In this document: positions 34,578 through 46,777 of the stretch, one piece after another | Layout: each line of letters opens with the position of its first letter | Numbering within the stretch: the first letter of the stretch is position 1 | NCBI GenBank assembly: GCA_029953675.1 | Contig: JAMWBK010000006.1 | Span: 1,612,001-1,676,000 of the forward strand | Direction of reading: 5' to 3' | From: Rhodosorus marinus CCMP1338 | Taxonomy: Eukaryota > Plantae > Rhodophyta | DNA: 64,000 bases | Position numbers and translations under genes: made by a program | Notes under the pieces: generated by a model | Database searches by the model: none | Told to the model about the DNA's origin: nothing | The model's input: only the letters and a program-made list of their open reading frames with translations

Positions 34578-36539
34578 ATGTATGCATCGAGTGACATGGG
34601 CGGTGAGCTCCTGTTGAAAGCTTTGAGGAATGTTAGGAAGGAAACCGGGGTCCATGTCAACGTTCTCATGCAAGTATTCGAGGATCCTGAGGATGAGAAG
34701 GGGGAGGAGGACCGAATGTGTGTTGTTTTCCACACGCCCAGAGGGACGAGTGTAAACCTTGTAATGCTGAGCAAGCTCAGCGCTTTGACTGTGCAAGGCC
34801 TGGTCCAGTTTCTCAACTGTAGCGCGAGAGTCTGCGGCTATGACTTGACTCGTGCGGCAGCGTTTATGCACAACAAGTACGGAGTTGTGCTCCAATCATG
34901 GTGCGACGCTCGCTTCGTTGTACAGTTTCGGCCAGATGAGTTCAAGGCCATGAGCAAGCTAGCATCCCTTCTACAGAACGGGGTAGGATCATCCACTGAA
35001 TCTTGGGACTCCGTGTGCGAGAGAGCGGCAGAAGCATTCGTTGACGGAGTCGAGATGTTGGACTTGTATTCCGAGCTAATTGTAGCACATGAGAATCCCA
35101 TGCTCGGAGGACTGACAGGGGAGAAAATGAGTTCCTTCTCAGAGCGGATTGCTTTCGCCCGGATTCATCCCAACACGTACACCATGATGTCCTACCCGGT
35201 AATATTCTGGAGGGACAATGACAACGACATAGACAACGTACATGTTGAGGTTGAAGAAACTTTTCAAGGCCTTTCTGACATTCTCCCTGAGTCTCTGAAG
35301 GCAGTATTTAATGAGATATCACAGCTTACCGATATCATCCTTGCCGTCGGAAAGAAACCAAGCGTGCTCGCTGGAGGGATGAAGCAATCACTTGATCACG
35401 ACATCATTACCACCCAAGATATCGCTCAAATCATAAAGAACGAGGACAAACGGATGAAAGGTACGGAGAGTGGGACTCCTGGAAAGTTGTCCCGTTTGTC
35501 CGTCGTAAGAAACAAGGGCTACGTTCCCTACTCCATCACTATTAGGTGCGGCCTGTGCTGAGTTTTGGGTAACCCACAAGATGGAGAGGTCGCATGCTCT
35601 TGAGAACCTAAGCCGATGGCTCTTCTCTTGTGTCAACAAATGCCTAGGAACGCATGTTTGGTACGGGGAATTTCGACTGTGATTTTGGATCTCATCTCGA
35701 GCAAGAAGTCGATTCTGATAGTGGCCAAGCACCCTGGTGGGAAAACGACTTTCCTTAGGGATATAATACGACAGACCTCGAAAAGTGCCTGTGAGAACGT
35801 TTGTGTAATAGACGGTGGGTAAGTTCAAAAACCCGTCCTCAAGCCAGGCACTGAGCAGGAGGCATCCAGGAGGACTCATGAACTGACTCTCGGCGACGAA
35901 AACAAACGTTTGAATTTGCAGGAATGAGTTAGGAGGAGACAGCATTTATACACATCCATTTCTGGGGGATGTTATTCGGTTCATGGGAGGATGCAACGAC
36001 AAGCAGATTGATGTTGTGGAAGAATGTCTGATAAATCACAATCCGACAATTATCGCGGTTGACAATCTGATTGCAGCTGATGCTCGACAGTCTTGTCAAA
36101 TGACGAAGGACCACGGTGCGAAACTTTTTGCAACAATGCACGGTACTATTGAATCAGTCCTACGGGGAAACGATGCACTCGGTAAGCGATCTTTCCGGCC
36201 CGCGCTGAGTTGAAAGCGCGTAGCAGTCCAATTCATCTGATCATCAATAGTTGACCCGTATCCTCGTCTCTGGCAGCGACCGTTCGTTCGTATCCTAAGA
36301 GACGAAGAAAGACAGCAGAAGTCCGCGATGCTCCGCATGGAGTTGCTGCAGCAGTGTTCGATGCTGTAGTTGAACTCAACTATCCGAACACCAGTGGAAA
36401 CTTTAGCGTATCTATCGTCCACTCACCAATTGCTGCTGTGGAGGAATTTAACTGTGGAAAACCGTACCAAGTTGAGGTCCGAACAATACAACAAGATGCG
36501 AAACTGTATTCTATGCGAACAACTTCCAACGACCTCTGA
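34578..36539 (+). CDS. Ycf45/SpoIIIAA-like AAA ATPase with an uncharacterised N-terminal region
   Basis: LSRLSVVRN...ITIR, KSILIVAKHPGGKTTFLRDI (Walker A), VIDGGNELGGD..THP, QIDVVEECLINHNPTIIAVDN (Walker B, E to N), FATMHG and FDAVVEL follow the Ycf45 motif order. Confidence 0.8.
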
Positions 36540-37036
36540 AACGTTAAATTGATGCAAAGGTTCCACTGCAACTGTCGATTTGGGAGAGATTGACCGTTGG
36601 ACGTGCTTACCGACCTATGGGGACACAGTTCGTGATTGTTAGCATCAGATCTATGTCTACGGTTTGAGCTGGAGAGAGTTGAAAATTGCTGATGAGAGCA
36701 GTTCTTCAGTCTTGGCAACCAAAACCGACTATCCGCTGGGGAATGTGTTGAGCCTGTCTGAATGGTGTTTCATTCCTTCTAAGAGACTGGACCAAGAACG
36801 AGTCCGCGATTTCTTCAAATGCGAGCGCCGTTGAGAAACCTTCGTGGTTGAAGGGGTACATAACAGTTTTGATTGGTTCGTTTTTAACATATTTGAAGGA
36901 CTTTCTCGCTTTGGTATTCTTCACCAGACCAAAAGAAAACATCTCATCAAAAGAACTCAAGCATGCTACAAAAAAAGAAAGAAAAATGTGCCAAGCACTC
37001 CGGTCCCATCAATCATTAGGCGGCACCGTGCCCTTC

Positions 37037-40000
37037 CTATGCCCTCCTCCTTTTCAGTCTTTCTAAGGCTCCCATCGGAGCATTCCGGACGGGTTCCTTC
37101 TCATCTTCCTCCCCGTTCTCACCGCCTTCTTTTACGAGTCCGCCGAAAACGGCCGCGGGGACCGGCTTTTCGGTTATTTCCATGTCCGTCGCTGGCCTCT
37201 TCCTAGTAGTCTCATCTACAGTTGAAGGTTGCTCTGGAGCTTCCGCTTTCTGAACCTCTTCTACATCTTCATCTTCATCTTCATCTTCATCAAGATCGAT
37301 TTCAATCTCTTCCTCGTTCGTTTCTGGGACGACCTGAGCGCTGTCCTGAGCTTCCTTCTCCAGCGCTTCCAAGGTGCCTTCGCCGGACACCTGATCACAA
37401 ACGAGATGCAATGAACACGAATAAACGTGGGCTTAGCTCCCGTCCAGCCCGCAAGACAAGGCAGTCGTCCTTTCTCATGCTTGGCGCAACAAACCTGTGG
37501 AGCACTCCCATCAGCCGGCGTCTCTACTGGTTTGCTCGCAGCCGACACGTTTGCAAAGCTGTACTGAGTTGTCACTGAGCGTTTGATCCTTAGCATCTCA
37601 CGATATGTGTCTTCGGAACCATGAGCAACCTCGAATTCATCCCATAGGGCCCAAAAATTGCTGAACTGCTGGGCCCCATCGGGATCAGCAAACTGCGCTC
37701 CATGTGCATAAATTGATCTCGCACGATCGATTTCCCCCAGTGATATCTCAATTGATGCGAAGCGTGTGGTGAATTCCACCAGAGCTGACTTATCCGTCAG
37801 GGTCTCCAGGGCATCCTCGAACACCGTCCTCGTTCTAGTCACACCAAACATCTCCACAGCCTTCGCAGCGTACACCCTGTACAAATCGGCACGCTGCTTT
37901 TGGGGAATTGCCTTCGCTGCTCGAGCATAAACGTCCATCGCTCGCTGAGCGAGGCCAACTTTTTCCTCCATTTCCGCGTAGAGCATGTAGACCATCAACA
38001 GGCGAGGATCCTCAGCTGGAGCTCCTCTAATTGCCTGTTCGAAAAGCTCTCTTGCACGCTCGAGCTTCCTCCCCCCGAAGCGATCTGATGCATACAAAAG
38101 TGGAGTAGGGGACAGGAGAAGCAAAGCGATTCTTTAGTCCCTGGAGACAACTGGACAGTGTAGCGTCCACCTTGTCCACCAACATCTTCTACTCACCAAC
38201 AAACTTTTTCGTATAGCGAAGATACACCGGCAGAACAGCCGGCCATTTGAACAAGGCCATTCCGCGTTCGTAAATTTTAAATGCATTCTCGAAGTGTTTG
38301 TTTTCCTCGAGGTTTCGTGCTGCCTCCAGAACGTTATCTACGGTAACAATCTTCAGGTCCGTCATGGATTCATATACCTCCATTGCGGCGCTGACCCCGT
38401 TGACAGACTCTTGAAAGTCAGCGAACAAGCTCCACAACCTCGTCGATTTCCACGCGCCCAATGCGGGCAAGTCTGGGTTGCAAACCGATAAGAAAGGAAA
38501 ACAGGATAAGGCCTAATTCTAGCTTGAAAGAGCTCAGCCTATACTTTTCGAGCATTCTCCTCTCACAAACCAGTGCTGAGGCGAGACGAGTACCTTTGCT
38601 ATAGTTATGAGTGATTGCATGTCCACCCGATCCGGCCCCAAGCACGACCTTTGCGTTTCCACGAGACTGTACGCATAATCTTTTCGCCTGCCTGGGTTCC
38701 GTGGTCGCCCTCCGGAGAAGAGATTCCGTTTTCTCATAATCCCCGTGCCGTAGCTCAAACTCTGCGTATTCACACCATACCGCCGCGAGGTCCTCTGAAG
38801 ATCTGTACTTATCGAAGGACGCAACAGCCTGCGAAATGACACCACCGGGCGAGCCTTTTGCGTCAGGAAACAGGCTTTCGCTAAATATGTCGTTATCAAC
38901 CCTCTAGAAAAGCTCTACCTTCTCATAGACCTTTCTCGCCGAGGCAAGGTCCTTATGATTCTCGTAAAAGTATGCAAACGCGAGCCATAACGTGTGACTC
39001 TTTCCGTTCGCAGCCTTCCAAGGATCTACAGTTCTAACCGCCTGTGTGTAAGCATTGACCTGGAGAAAAGCAACATCGAGCAAAGGCACACAACGAAGAG
39101 CGTGCGTTAGTGATTCAGACGCGCTAGCCCGCGCTTCCCCAGAGTTCATTCCTAGGATGGGCACTAGCTTCTCCGGATGACTTACGGCTCCCACAGTATC
39201 TTCGTGTTTTATGTACAGGCGAGCCCTCTTGTGCCACTCGTGGACGTTGTGGGGGTTCTGACGGAGGATTACAGAAGACAGCAGGTACGGTCTCCTCTCA
39301 GTAAGGCGTTCTAACCTGCAGACTAGAATCTCGAGATCCATGTTTTTCTCCTCATCCGGCTTTTGAAAAAATTGAAAACAAAGCACGAAGAAAAGCGTAG
39401 CATCACTGGGTTAGATGTCTTCTCTATTCCTCCAGCCTTTCCCCTTCCAGTGACGTCGTCAGACTTCAATAGCCTCACCTGGTTTGGATCAATGGAGCCG
39501 AGTTTTGATGTGATCATAGCCTCCTCAAAGCTTGAGTAGGAGTCGAAGATTACGGCAAAGTCTCGTACGGTTGTCACGGACTTGAGAGCCTCTTCGTAGA
39601 CGTCCCTAGCTCGTTCAAAAATGCCGCTCCTTGCATAGTATTCCGCCAGAGAAACCCACAAGTCTCCGCTTTCCTCTTTCGCCGCCCTGATTCCTCCCCG
39701 AATGAACGCATTGACGTCGATCGAGACGATTTCCTTCGGATGCTGAACCGACAGCTTCGCGAGATCGTTCCAGAGTTGCTGCCTTGTCTTCTTCTTTCCC
39801 TTAAACTCCGGATTCTCCAGCGCTTCAGCCAAGATCTCTGCGGCCTCATCGTACTTCTCGCTCGATTCCAAAAATCCGAACAGCTCCTCCACACCCTCGT
39901 CAGGGTCAAGCTTGCAAAACCTCCTCAGTACGCGTGCCCCAGTCTCACCAACACCAACTTCCCTAGCAAGTCTAAGATAGATAGGCCAGATTCTGTGATG

Positions 40001-40753
40001 CTGAGTCACTGGCAGGGCTCTCAGAGCACCATCACACGCTCGCCTGTTCGACAAAATAGCCAGTTCGATGTTAGTGGTAGGGTAAGCTGCAAGCAGCAGC
40101 GAACAACATCAAGCATCGAAAGATCATCATCAATCCCTCAACTGGGATGAGATGTACAGCTAAAACCCTAAGATCACATGAAGAAAAAAGCAAAGAGGCC
40201 GACGCCAACGGGACACTTGCACAGGAGCCAAACCCCAGGGCGTGACGCAGATATCATTGGACTATTCTGCCCCAAGGGATTACATTCTGCCATATTACTC
40301 AAAAGAACTGTGGAGGATCTGCTATCCGCCTTCTAGTATGTTCCTCGTGACCTTATGTCTTGAAAGCAAAGGCATTGGATTGATTGATCCCTACCTTGCC
40401 CTGGTCCATCTTCTCTGCTCAACGAGATTGGTACAATAGAGAACCCAAATAACCGGCATCTTATGCATATACACGATAGCTCTCTCGAAGACGGTGTCCA
40501 TTCGATCAAAAGCTGGAGAATCCGGGTGTTTTCCCTTCACTTGAGCACGCCGTTCGGTGAGGTACGCGAGCCAAAGCTTGTACGACCCAGGCAGTGTCGC
40601 GAGGGCTCTTTCGTAGATTAGAAATCGACGGTCTGGTAAGCTCCCTTCAAGGGCCTGAAGATACGCGAGCCACGCCTTGAGAACGTACGGACGACGAAGG
40701 ACATCCTCCTCGTGAGCAAGCTCCAAACTCGACAATCCGTTGCTGCCGTCCAT
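37037..40753 (-). CDS. SYF1: Pre-mRNA splicing factor SYF1/XAB2 (NTC, HAT repeats)
   Basis: YEEDVLR-like start, LPGSYKLW, MHKMPVIW, ALPVTQHHRIWPIY, LLSSVILRQNPHNVHEWHKR, LWSLFADFQES, RFGGRKLERARELFEQA, GEIDRARSIY and HGSEDTYREMLRIKRSV, plus an acidic C-terminal tail. Confidence 0.97.
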
Positions 40754-41427
40754 TTGTTTTCTCCGTGAGCCTCCTAACCGAGCTAGGAAGGATCTCCGGC
40801 CTATACCCGGCTCAAGCGAACATCAAAAGCCCCCACAAAACAACACATACAGCACGAGCGGAGCGGAAAAACGACAACACAACCCTCTCTCAAAACGGGC
40901 AAGATTCTCCTCTAAACTTATTACCGTATTTCTTGCACACCCTGCTCAACAGTGTAGACCCTAATCAGTCCAGCCGATCGTCAAAACCAATGCCATTTAA
41001 GAACTCAAAAAAAAACACAACCGTTCTCACAAAGCCATCAACTCCGATTCGTGATTCACCGGCACGAAAGACTTAAAAACACAGGCCAAACCCCGATCAA
41101 CGGGAGGCGGGCATATCTCAAACGATGTTAAGGTTCCCAAAAAAATCAATCCAACCGCCTTTCTCAGCCCTCGAAGGAAATGCCCTCTTGAACAAACACC
41201 CAAAACCCAAGTCCAACATGGACGGAAACGCGTAAAAGCCGAGCAACAAGGTCCAACACTTGTTGCAGAGAGAAGAAAACCACCCCTTAAAAACAAAAAA
41301 CTACTCAGCCTTCAGACCTGTTAGAAAACACACGTTTTCAATCCTCTTTTTCCAGACCTTGCTCCCCAACTCTGGAACTACTTTTCCCACACCAGCAGCC
41401 GCCAAATCGCCTTCTTCGAGCTGAGAA

Positions 41428-41803
41428 AGGCCGAAAGCGTTTTTGTGAAGCACTTCAAGAGGTTAACGGTTTGGTTAGGGTTCGATATTCGGCTTCTCTT
41501 CTTATGTAGCCATCTGAATTCAATGATCCGATGATCTGGCTGGATAGAGAGCTCGATCTATAGGACTCGACTCTCTGTACAGGGTGGATGGGCAGTTGAA
41601 AGGCCGGCCACCGATGAGTATCCTAGGCCGAAAACGCTTTTATGAAACACACTTCAGAGGTTGTCGGTTGGGCTGGGTTCGATGTTCGGCTTATGTAGCC
41701 ACTAAATGCAACTAGCTGATGGTCTGGCTAGATAGAGAGCTTCATTTATTGAACCCGACTCTCTGCACAGAGGAGATGGGCAGTTAAGAGCACGACCACC
41801 GAT
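41428..41803. repeat. Diverged non-coding tandem duplication, period 197 bp (copies at 41428 and 41625)
   Basis: Shared collinear blocks: aggccgaaa, ggttcgatRttcggctt, ttatgtagcca, tctggctRgatagagagct, cgactctctgYacag, gatgggcagtt and ccaccgat. Confidence 0.85.
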
Positions 41804-42355
41804 CAAGATCGAAGGTCGAGTGATCTGTATGAACGCTTTAGAGCAAGCGCTCGGGTTGGTAGCAAAGCTGGTTATCTATTGTCGGAATTGAACGCTCTAG
41901 GGAGCTGATCTCCCGTCTTAAACGGTTTTTTTTGCCGGCTTTTGAAGACATGTCCAGAGAAGGTCACTCATCTGTAGTTTCTTACCAGCTTCATCAACAA
42001 CTCTCGCAGATGAGCCTGACAAGCAGAGCGGTAGTTCAGCTAGGTCGCCAGGCCAAAGTCCGTCCTTTGTATCGAAAATTGAATTTCTGCGTGGACCTAG
42101 CCCCTGCCAAAATACTCGATTTTGCTAATTGTTTTCGAGGACTTTTGTTTCTGGTCGTGTTTGCCTTTTGTAAGGTGGCTTTTGGGTAGGATCGGGGGAG
42201 TAGGAGGGATGATGCTGAGAAGCATTTTGTGATACGCAAATGACAATGGCTGTCTGAAAACTAGATAAGTGAAACCCCAGCTTCATCTTGACGCTTTTTT
42301 GTTTGGTGGCTGCTGCGTAAAAGCGTTTGTCCTTGTTTGTCGGGAGAGTGGATCC

Positions 42356-43320
42356 ATGTCAGGGACGTTGAGATGGATTAGCTTGACGCTGCTGGTCATT
42401 GGCGTCGCTCTGGTAGAAGCTAAGCTTCCCAGAGGATTTTCCAAAGAAATGCATTGTTCAGGTAATTTTGTTTTTGCCGCAGTGGAAACTCGTTGCTCGT
42501 TTCGGGGTATCCGGCGGCTGAATGGTTCTGTTGCTCCTCCGTTTAGCCTGTCAGAGAATCGTTCAGGAGTTCAACGAAGAAATCGAGAAGGAGGACGGAA
42601 CTGCTGAGATAGACGTATGTGAAGAGAAATCCTTTCTTGACGCCCCGGAAACCCGATCTCACCGCCGTCCTCGTCATTGTGATTCATCTTGTTCATCTTC
42701 TCTTGCAGACTGGGTCCTATCGGGTCAATAGTCAAGGGAAGCAAACAGGAAGGAAGAAGATCCCGTACAAGAAGAGCACACTTCATATCGAGAACGTTTT
42801 TGAGACAGTCTGTCCCAGGTACTCGTGGAGCGCAATGAGCGTAAACATCCTTACGGCAAAAAAGCTGAACTTGATTCGCTTTTCATGTCCTCGCCAATTC
42901 GTCGAAGAATGACAAAGTTCTATCGAAAGTCGAAAAGCGGAGATTTCTTTGTGAAGAGGGAACTATATCTAGACCTAGACCATGAGCTGAACGCTGACGT
43001 AGACGATGAACACCTTTCCAAACATCAGCTCACTAATATTTGCAACACTATTGTGGATGAAAGCCCTGACGATCTCATCGATCTGATGAAGAAGGAGGAT
43101 TCGTACGAAGCCCTCTTCCTCGAGGTGGGTGGAAGTCTTGATAATCATCACCTATAACGCTGAGCTGGCAGTCAGGACAAAGTCTCGCCCTGTCGCTGAC
43201 ACGGTTTGATTCCATTCCATCTTTCGGTGGCGTCACTTACAGGTCTGCACCCGAATGTTCGATATCTGCACTCCAGAGTCGGGAGGAAAGGGCGAAGAAT
43301 CCGGGGACGAGGATCTCTAG
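42356..43320 (+). CDS. Canopy (CNPY/saposin-like, DUF3456) ER protein
   Basis: Signal peptide, HCSACQRIVQEF, GSYRVNSQG...KIPYKKSTLHIENVFETVC, NICNTIVDE, and a last exon VCTRMFDIC ending in the KDEL-like DEDL*. Confidence 0.85.
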
Positions 43321-43614
43321 TTTCAATCAAGAATTCTCACCCGTGAACATTTCTTCCTGCACAAAAATAAACCCGCAACTCTGGTAGCAAAATAAATAAA
43401 TAAAAACAAAGGTTGGAGCCGGTGGTCCTTTAACAACTGCCTTTCAAAATGAAAGAAAGCAATCAGTCAGAGACTTCTGAAAGCAGCCAAAATGGGTTCA
43501 TGTTAAACTCATTCAGCCAACCAAGCTCCCCCTCAGTCCGCTGAGAAAGCCAAACATGGTGAAACACCCAATTAGACAATTTAACTGTCACCCTTTGGGT
43601 CATGGTAAGAGCTC

Positions 43615-43731
43615 GGTTGTACCAAGTGGGTCGGGTTTTTCGCTGTTTGCCCCTCTAAACCCCCCTGTTTTCAGGAGTTTAACCACTTCTGGGTCGTAAA
43701 CAGCGAAAAACCTGACCCACTTGGCACAACC
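43615..43731. repeat. 34-bp near-perfect inverted repeat (hairpin or MITE-like)
   Basis: Arm 43615-43648 (ggttgtaccaagtgggtcgggtttttcgctgttt) matches the reverse complement of 43698-43731 at 32 of 34 positions, with a 49-nt spacer. Confidence 0.9.
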
Positions 43732-44155
43732 CCAGTAAGAGACCCAAAATCGACGATTATTTATCGAAAACCTGATGACGATTAATATATAGCTCTCTAT
43801 CCACAAGAATTGATCCACCTGTTTAGAAACTAATGTTAACTGTCATGCACTAAGTAATGTATTAAAGAAATATTATGGATTTATTTTGATCTGAATTGGT
43901 CAGAAAGTAGATGACGGTTAATTGATAGATAAGGATATCTGAGATTGGTGGATTGGATGGATGAGAACTGAGCAGATCGGTGGGTATGATGAATTTTGAG
44001 TTGGGGAAGGTCTGAAGAGCTTGTAGACAGACCTGTTTCGTTTGTATGGATTTTTTTTGGAGAGCAGTTCCGAAAATTACTATTATTGACTGTCGCTCTC
44101 TTTACTGTTCTGTTTCTCCTGAGTTGGGTTGTGAAAAATTCAAGCTTTTTTTGGA

Positions 44156-45406
44156 ATGACGATCGGTTTTGTTCTCTGTGCGAGTTCTGGCTTCAAGCTG
44201 CGGCAGGCAGTGTCAGACAGGATGAGTCGCTCACGGCAGCCGTGGAGGTGAGCGAGTGCGAAAGACCTTGCTATTTTCTGGATCCGTCCGATATCGGTGT
44301 TTTTTTTTGTTGTTGTTATGTTGACGGAGATCGATTCTGGGACTGGTCTGGGGTTTCTAGGTCAAGCACCATTGTGGCCTATAATGTGGCTGATATATTG
44401 AAGAATCCAAAGTTTCCGGCAGAATGGCCATTTTCTCCAATGGATTTCAAGAGACAGGACGAAACGACGGATAATATGTTTTACTATCAGCCTAGATTGG
44501 TCTACCACATAGACGACGCTGCGGTGAGCGCACTTACCAAGTTCTACGCCCAGTCAATCCCGGAAAATGCGGATCTGCTTGATATGTAAGTGCCAGTCCC
44601 TGCCCTAGTTCATAATCCCGCAGCATCCTCATCTTCTGCTCTGGGCTGCTTCTCCGTTCTTCCAGATGCTCTAGCTGGGTGTCCCACCTTCCGGATTCGT
44701 TCAAAGGTGGACGTGTGGCTGGGTTGGGGATGAACGGTGATGAGCTGAAGGCTAACAAGCGACTTACGGTAACGACAACACACAAGGTCTCAATGTCGTA
44801 GTAGACTTTTCCCATATCACAACAAGCTCACCAATAGGGTTTCGAATTTGCTTATTGCCAGGAATTCACGGTGAAGGACCTGAACAAGGACCCAGTTCTT
44901 CCCTTCGACGATGCATCATTTGACGTCGTAACAAACGTCGTGAGCGTAGACTACCTGAACAAGCCGTTGGAAGTCTTCAAGGAAATCAATCGAGTGCTGA
45001 GACCTGGTGGGAAAGCTATCATGAGCTTCAGCAATAGATGCTTTCCTTCAAAGGCTATCAACATCTGGCTTTCGACCAACGATTACGTAAGGGCAACTGG
45101 CTGAGAAGCGAGGCCGTGACAAAACCCACTTGTGGAGCAGGCAGCGTCCATCCTAACTACGACTTGGTCAATTCTCAACAGGAGCATATCTTCATAGTCG
45201 GTTGCTACTTCAACTATGCCGGAGGCTTTGAAAAACTTGAGTCAGTAGATCTGTCACCAAACCCAGGCATGTCTGGTACGTAATTCCATTTCTGCAACTT
45301 TAATGCTCTGAGCCCTCAGCTGATACCTAGGCACTTTTTGTGGATTCTGTCATCCGACGTCTCAGATCCTATGTACGTCGTTCAGGCGTACAAAAAGTCT
45401 GCATAG
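44156..45406 (+). CDS. Plastid-targeted class I SAM methyltransferase (Methyltransf_11-like)
   Basis: MTIGFV transit peptide, then FKRQDET.DNMFYYQPRLVYHIDD, LLD.CSSWVSH, GLGMNGDELKANKRL, DLNKDPVLPFDDASFDVV, VSVDYL, RVLRPGG, SFSNRCFPSKA and DPMYVV. Confidence 0.92.
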
Positions 45407-45922
45407 ATGAGGCTACGACGTAGGTCCGCAACCGCCTGATCACTGTGGAGAAGAAAGCTTGCTGGTCCGCGGTTTCATGTGTAGTTTCCTAGTGGGTTGT
45501 ATTATAGAACTGAAAGTTTTTCGAGAGATTTTTCCGGGGTGCTCACGGAGTGCAGGCGTTTTGGAGTAATCGGAAGAATGAATGTGGTTAGGTTTGTGAA
45601 ATCGTGACGTTTTAGAGCAGAAATGAAAGAGAAGAATTTGTTTTAGTTTAATTGGTTACCTATACATGACTATAAGAAAGAAACAGCAAAAAAACTCCAA
45701 GAAAATAGCAATACAAGCGGCTCGGGAGCCCTGCAAACTGCTGGCAGACCAAGCGAGAACGGTGCCCGGAAACTATCTAGCCCTTCGCGCTAGTAGTGCT
45801 TCGCACATTGCAGCTTCTCCCCACAAAGAAACTTGACTCGAGCCCAAAAACCTCGCTGGTTGGTGGGACTTCTACGGAGCCAGCTGGATGGTGTCGAATT
45901 GAACAGGGGGCTTGTGAACCAG

Positions 45923-46777
45923 CTACTTAATTGAGACAGTTGACAGCTGCAGCATTCTCAGCTCTTCCTCCAGCCGGAGGTTCTCCCTGTCCATCGATTC
46001 CATAAGCTCGTCAACAGCAGCGAAGCTCCTCTCAATTTCCTCCTCGTCGTGTTTTAGGTCATCATATTTCATCGGAGAGTTTCGCAGGAAGTTGATTCGA
46101 AGTTTTGCGAAATGCTTCCTCACAAAGTTGCGCTGCTCCGCGACCTCGAAAGTTTTGGCTTCATGAGTACCGGGTTTGATCTGCTCAAGGTTCACAAGGA
46201 GCCTCTTCATTGTCTCATCAACAACGATGGCATTCAGCCTCTCTCGGGCTGGAAGCAAAGCAGTTTGGTCACTCCTACCGGTGAGAGCATAATGGACCTG
46301 AACGAGGTAGCTCTTGATTGCATGCTTTTCTTGCTCGGACAACACGACTTGGGACTTCAAAAAGTTGACTTGCTTTTTCGTATCAATCACATCGCAATTC
46401 AGCTGAGCAGCCTGCTTCATACAACCGTTCTTCTCTGCAACAAGCCTACCCATGCCAGTCCTTGTATTCTTCAACTGAGTGGCAAGCTCCCTATTATCCG
46501 ACCGAAGCTCCTTGACCGTCTCTTCAAGCTTTGTGACGTCATCCTGCAGCAGTTCCGCAGACCTCCCCTTATCAAGAGCAGTTTTCAGTTCCTCTTCCAG
46601 CGCTCGAATCCTCTCCTCGTAGCTTTCATTCTGCTCCTTGATCTGGTCGAGTTCAATCGGAGAAACATTCTCATTTGCCTTCCTCTGCTTTGCAAACCTC
46701 AGCTCATCTCCAAACTTCTTCTGGTTCTGGGCCTTCTTCACATCAAACTTCCCCCGAAATCTTTCAAAGACTTCCAT
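45923..46777 (-). CDS. Coiled-coil protein, 284 aa, intronless
   Basis: Heptad-rich, E/K/L-rich ORF downstream of a C/A-rich promoter tract. No family recognised. Confidence 0.75.
   Translation of the reverse strand: MEVFERFRGKFDVKKAQNQKKFGDELRFAKQRKANENVSPIELDQIKEQNESYEERIRALEEELKTALDKGRSAELLQDDVTKLEETVKELRSDNRELATQLKNTRTGMGRLVAEKNGCMKQAAQLNCDVIDTKKQVNFLKSQVVLSEQEKHAIKSYLVQVHYALTGRSDQTALLPARERLNAIVVDETMKRLLVNLEQIKPGTHEAKTFEVAEQRNFVRKHFAKLRINFLRNSPMKYDDLKHDEEEIERSFAAVDELMESMDRENLRLEEELRMLQLSTVSIK

Noticed and set aside
44003-44034. RNase P CR-I-like GGGAAGGTCTGA
   Set aside because: Its complement (cagacct) is local, forming a small hairpin, and no distal CR-V or P4 partner was found.
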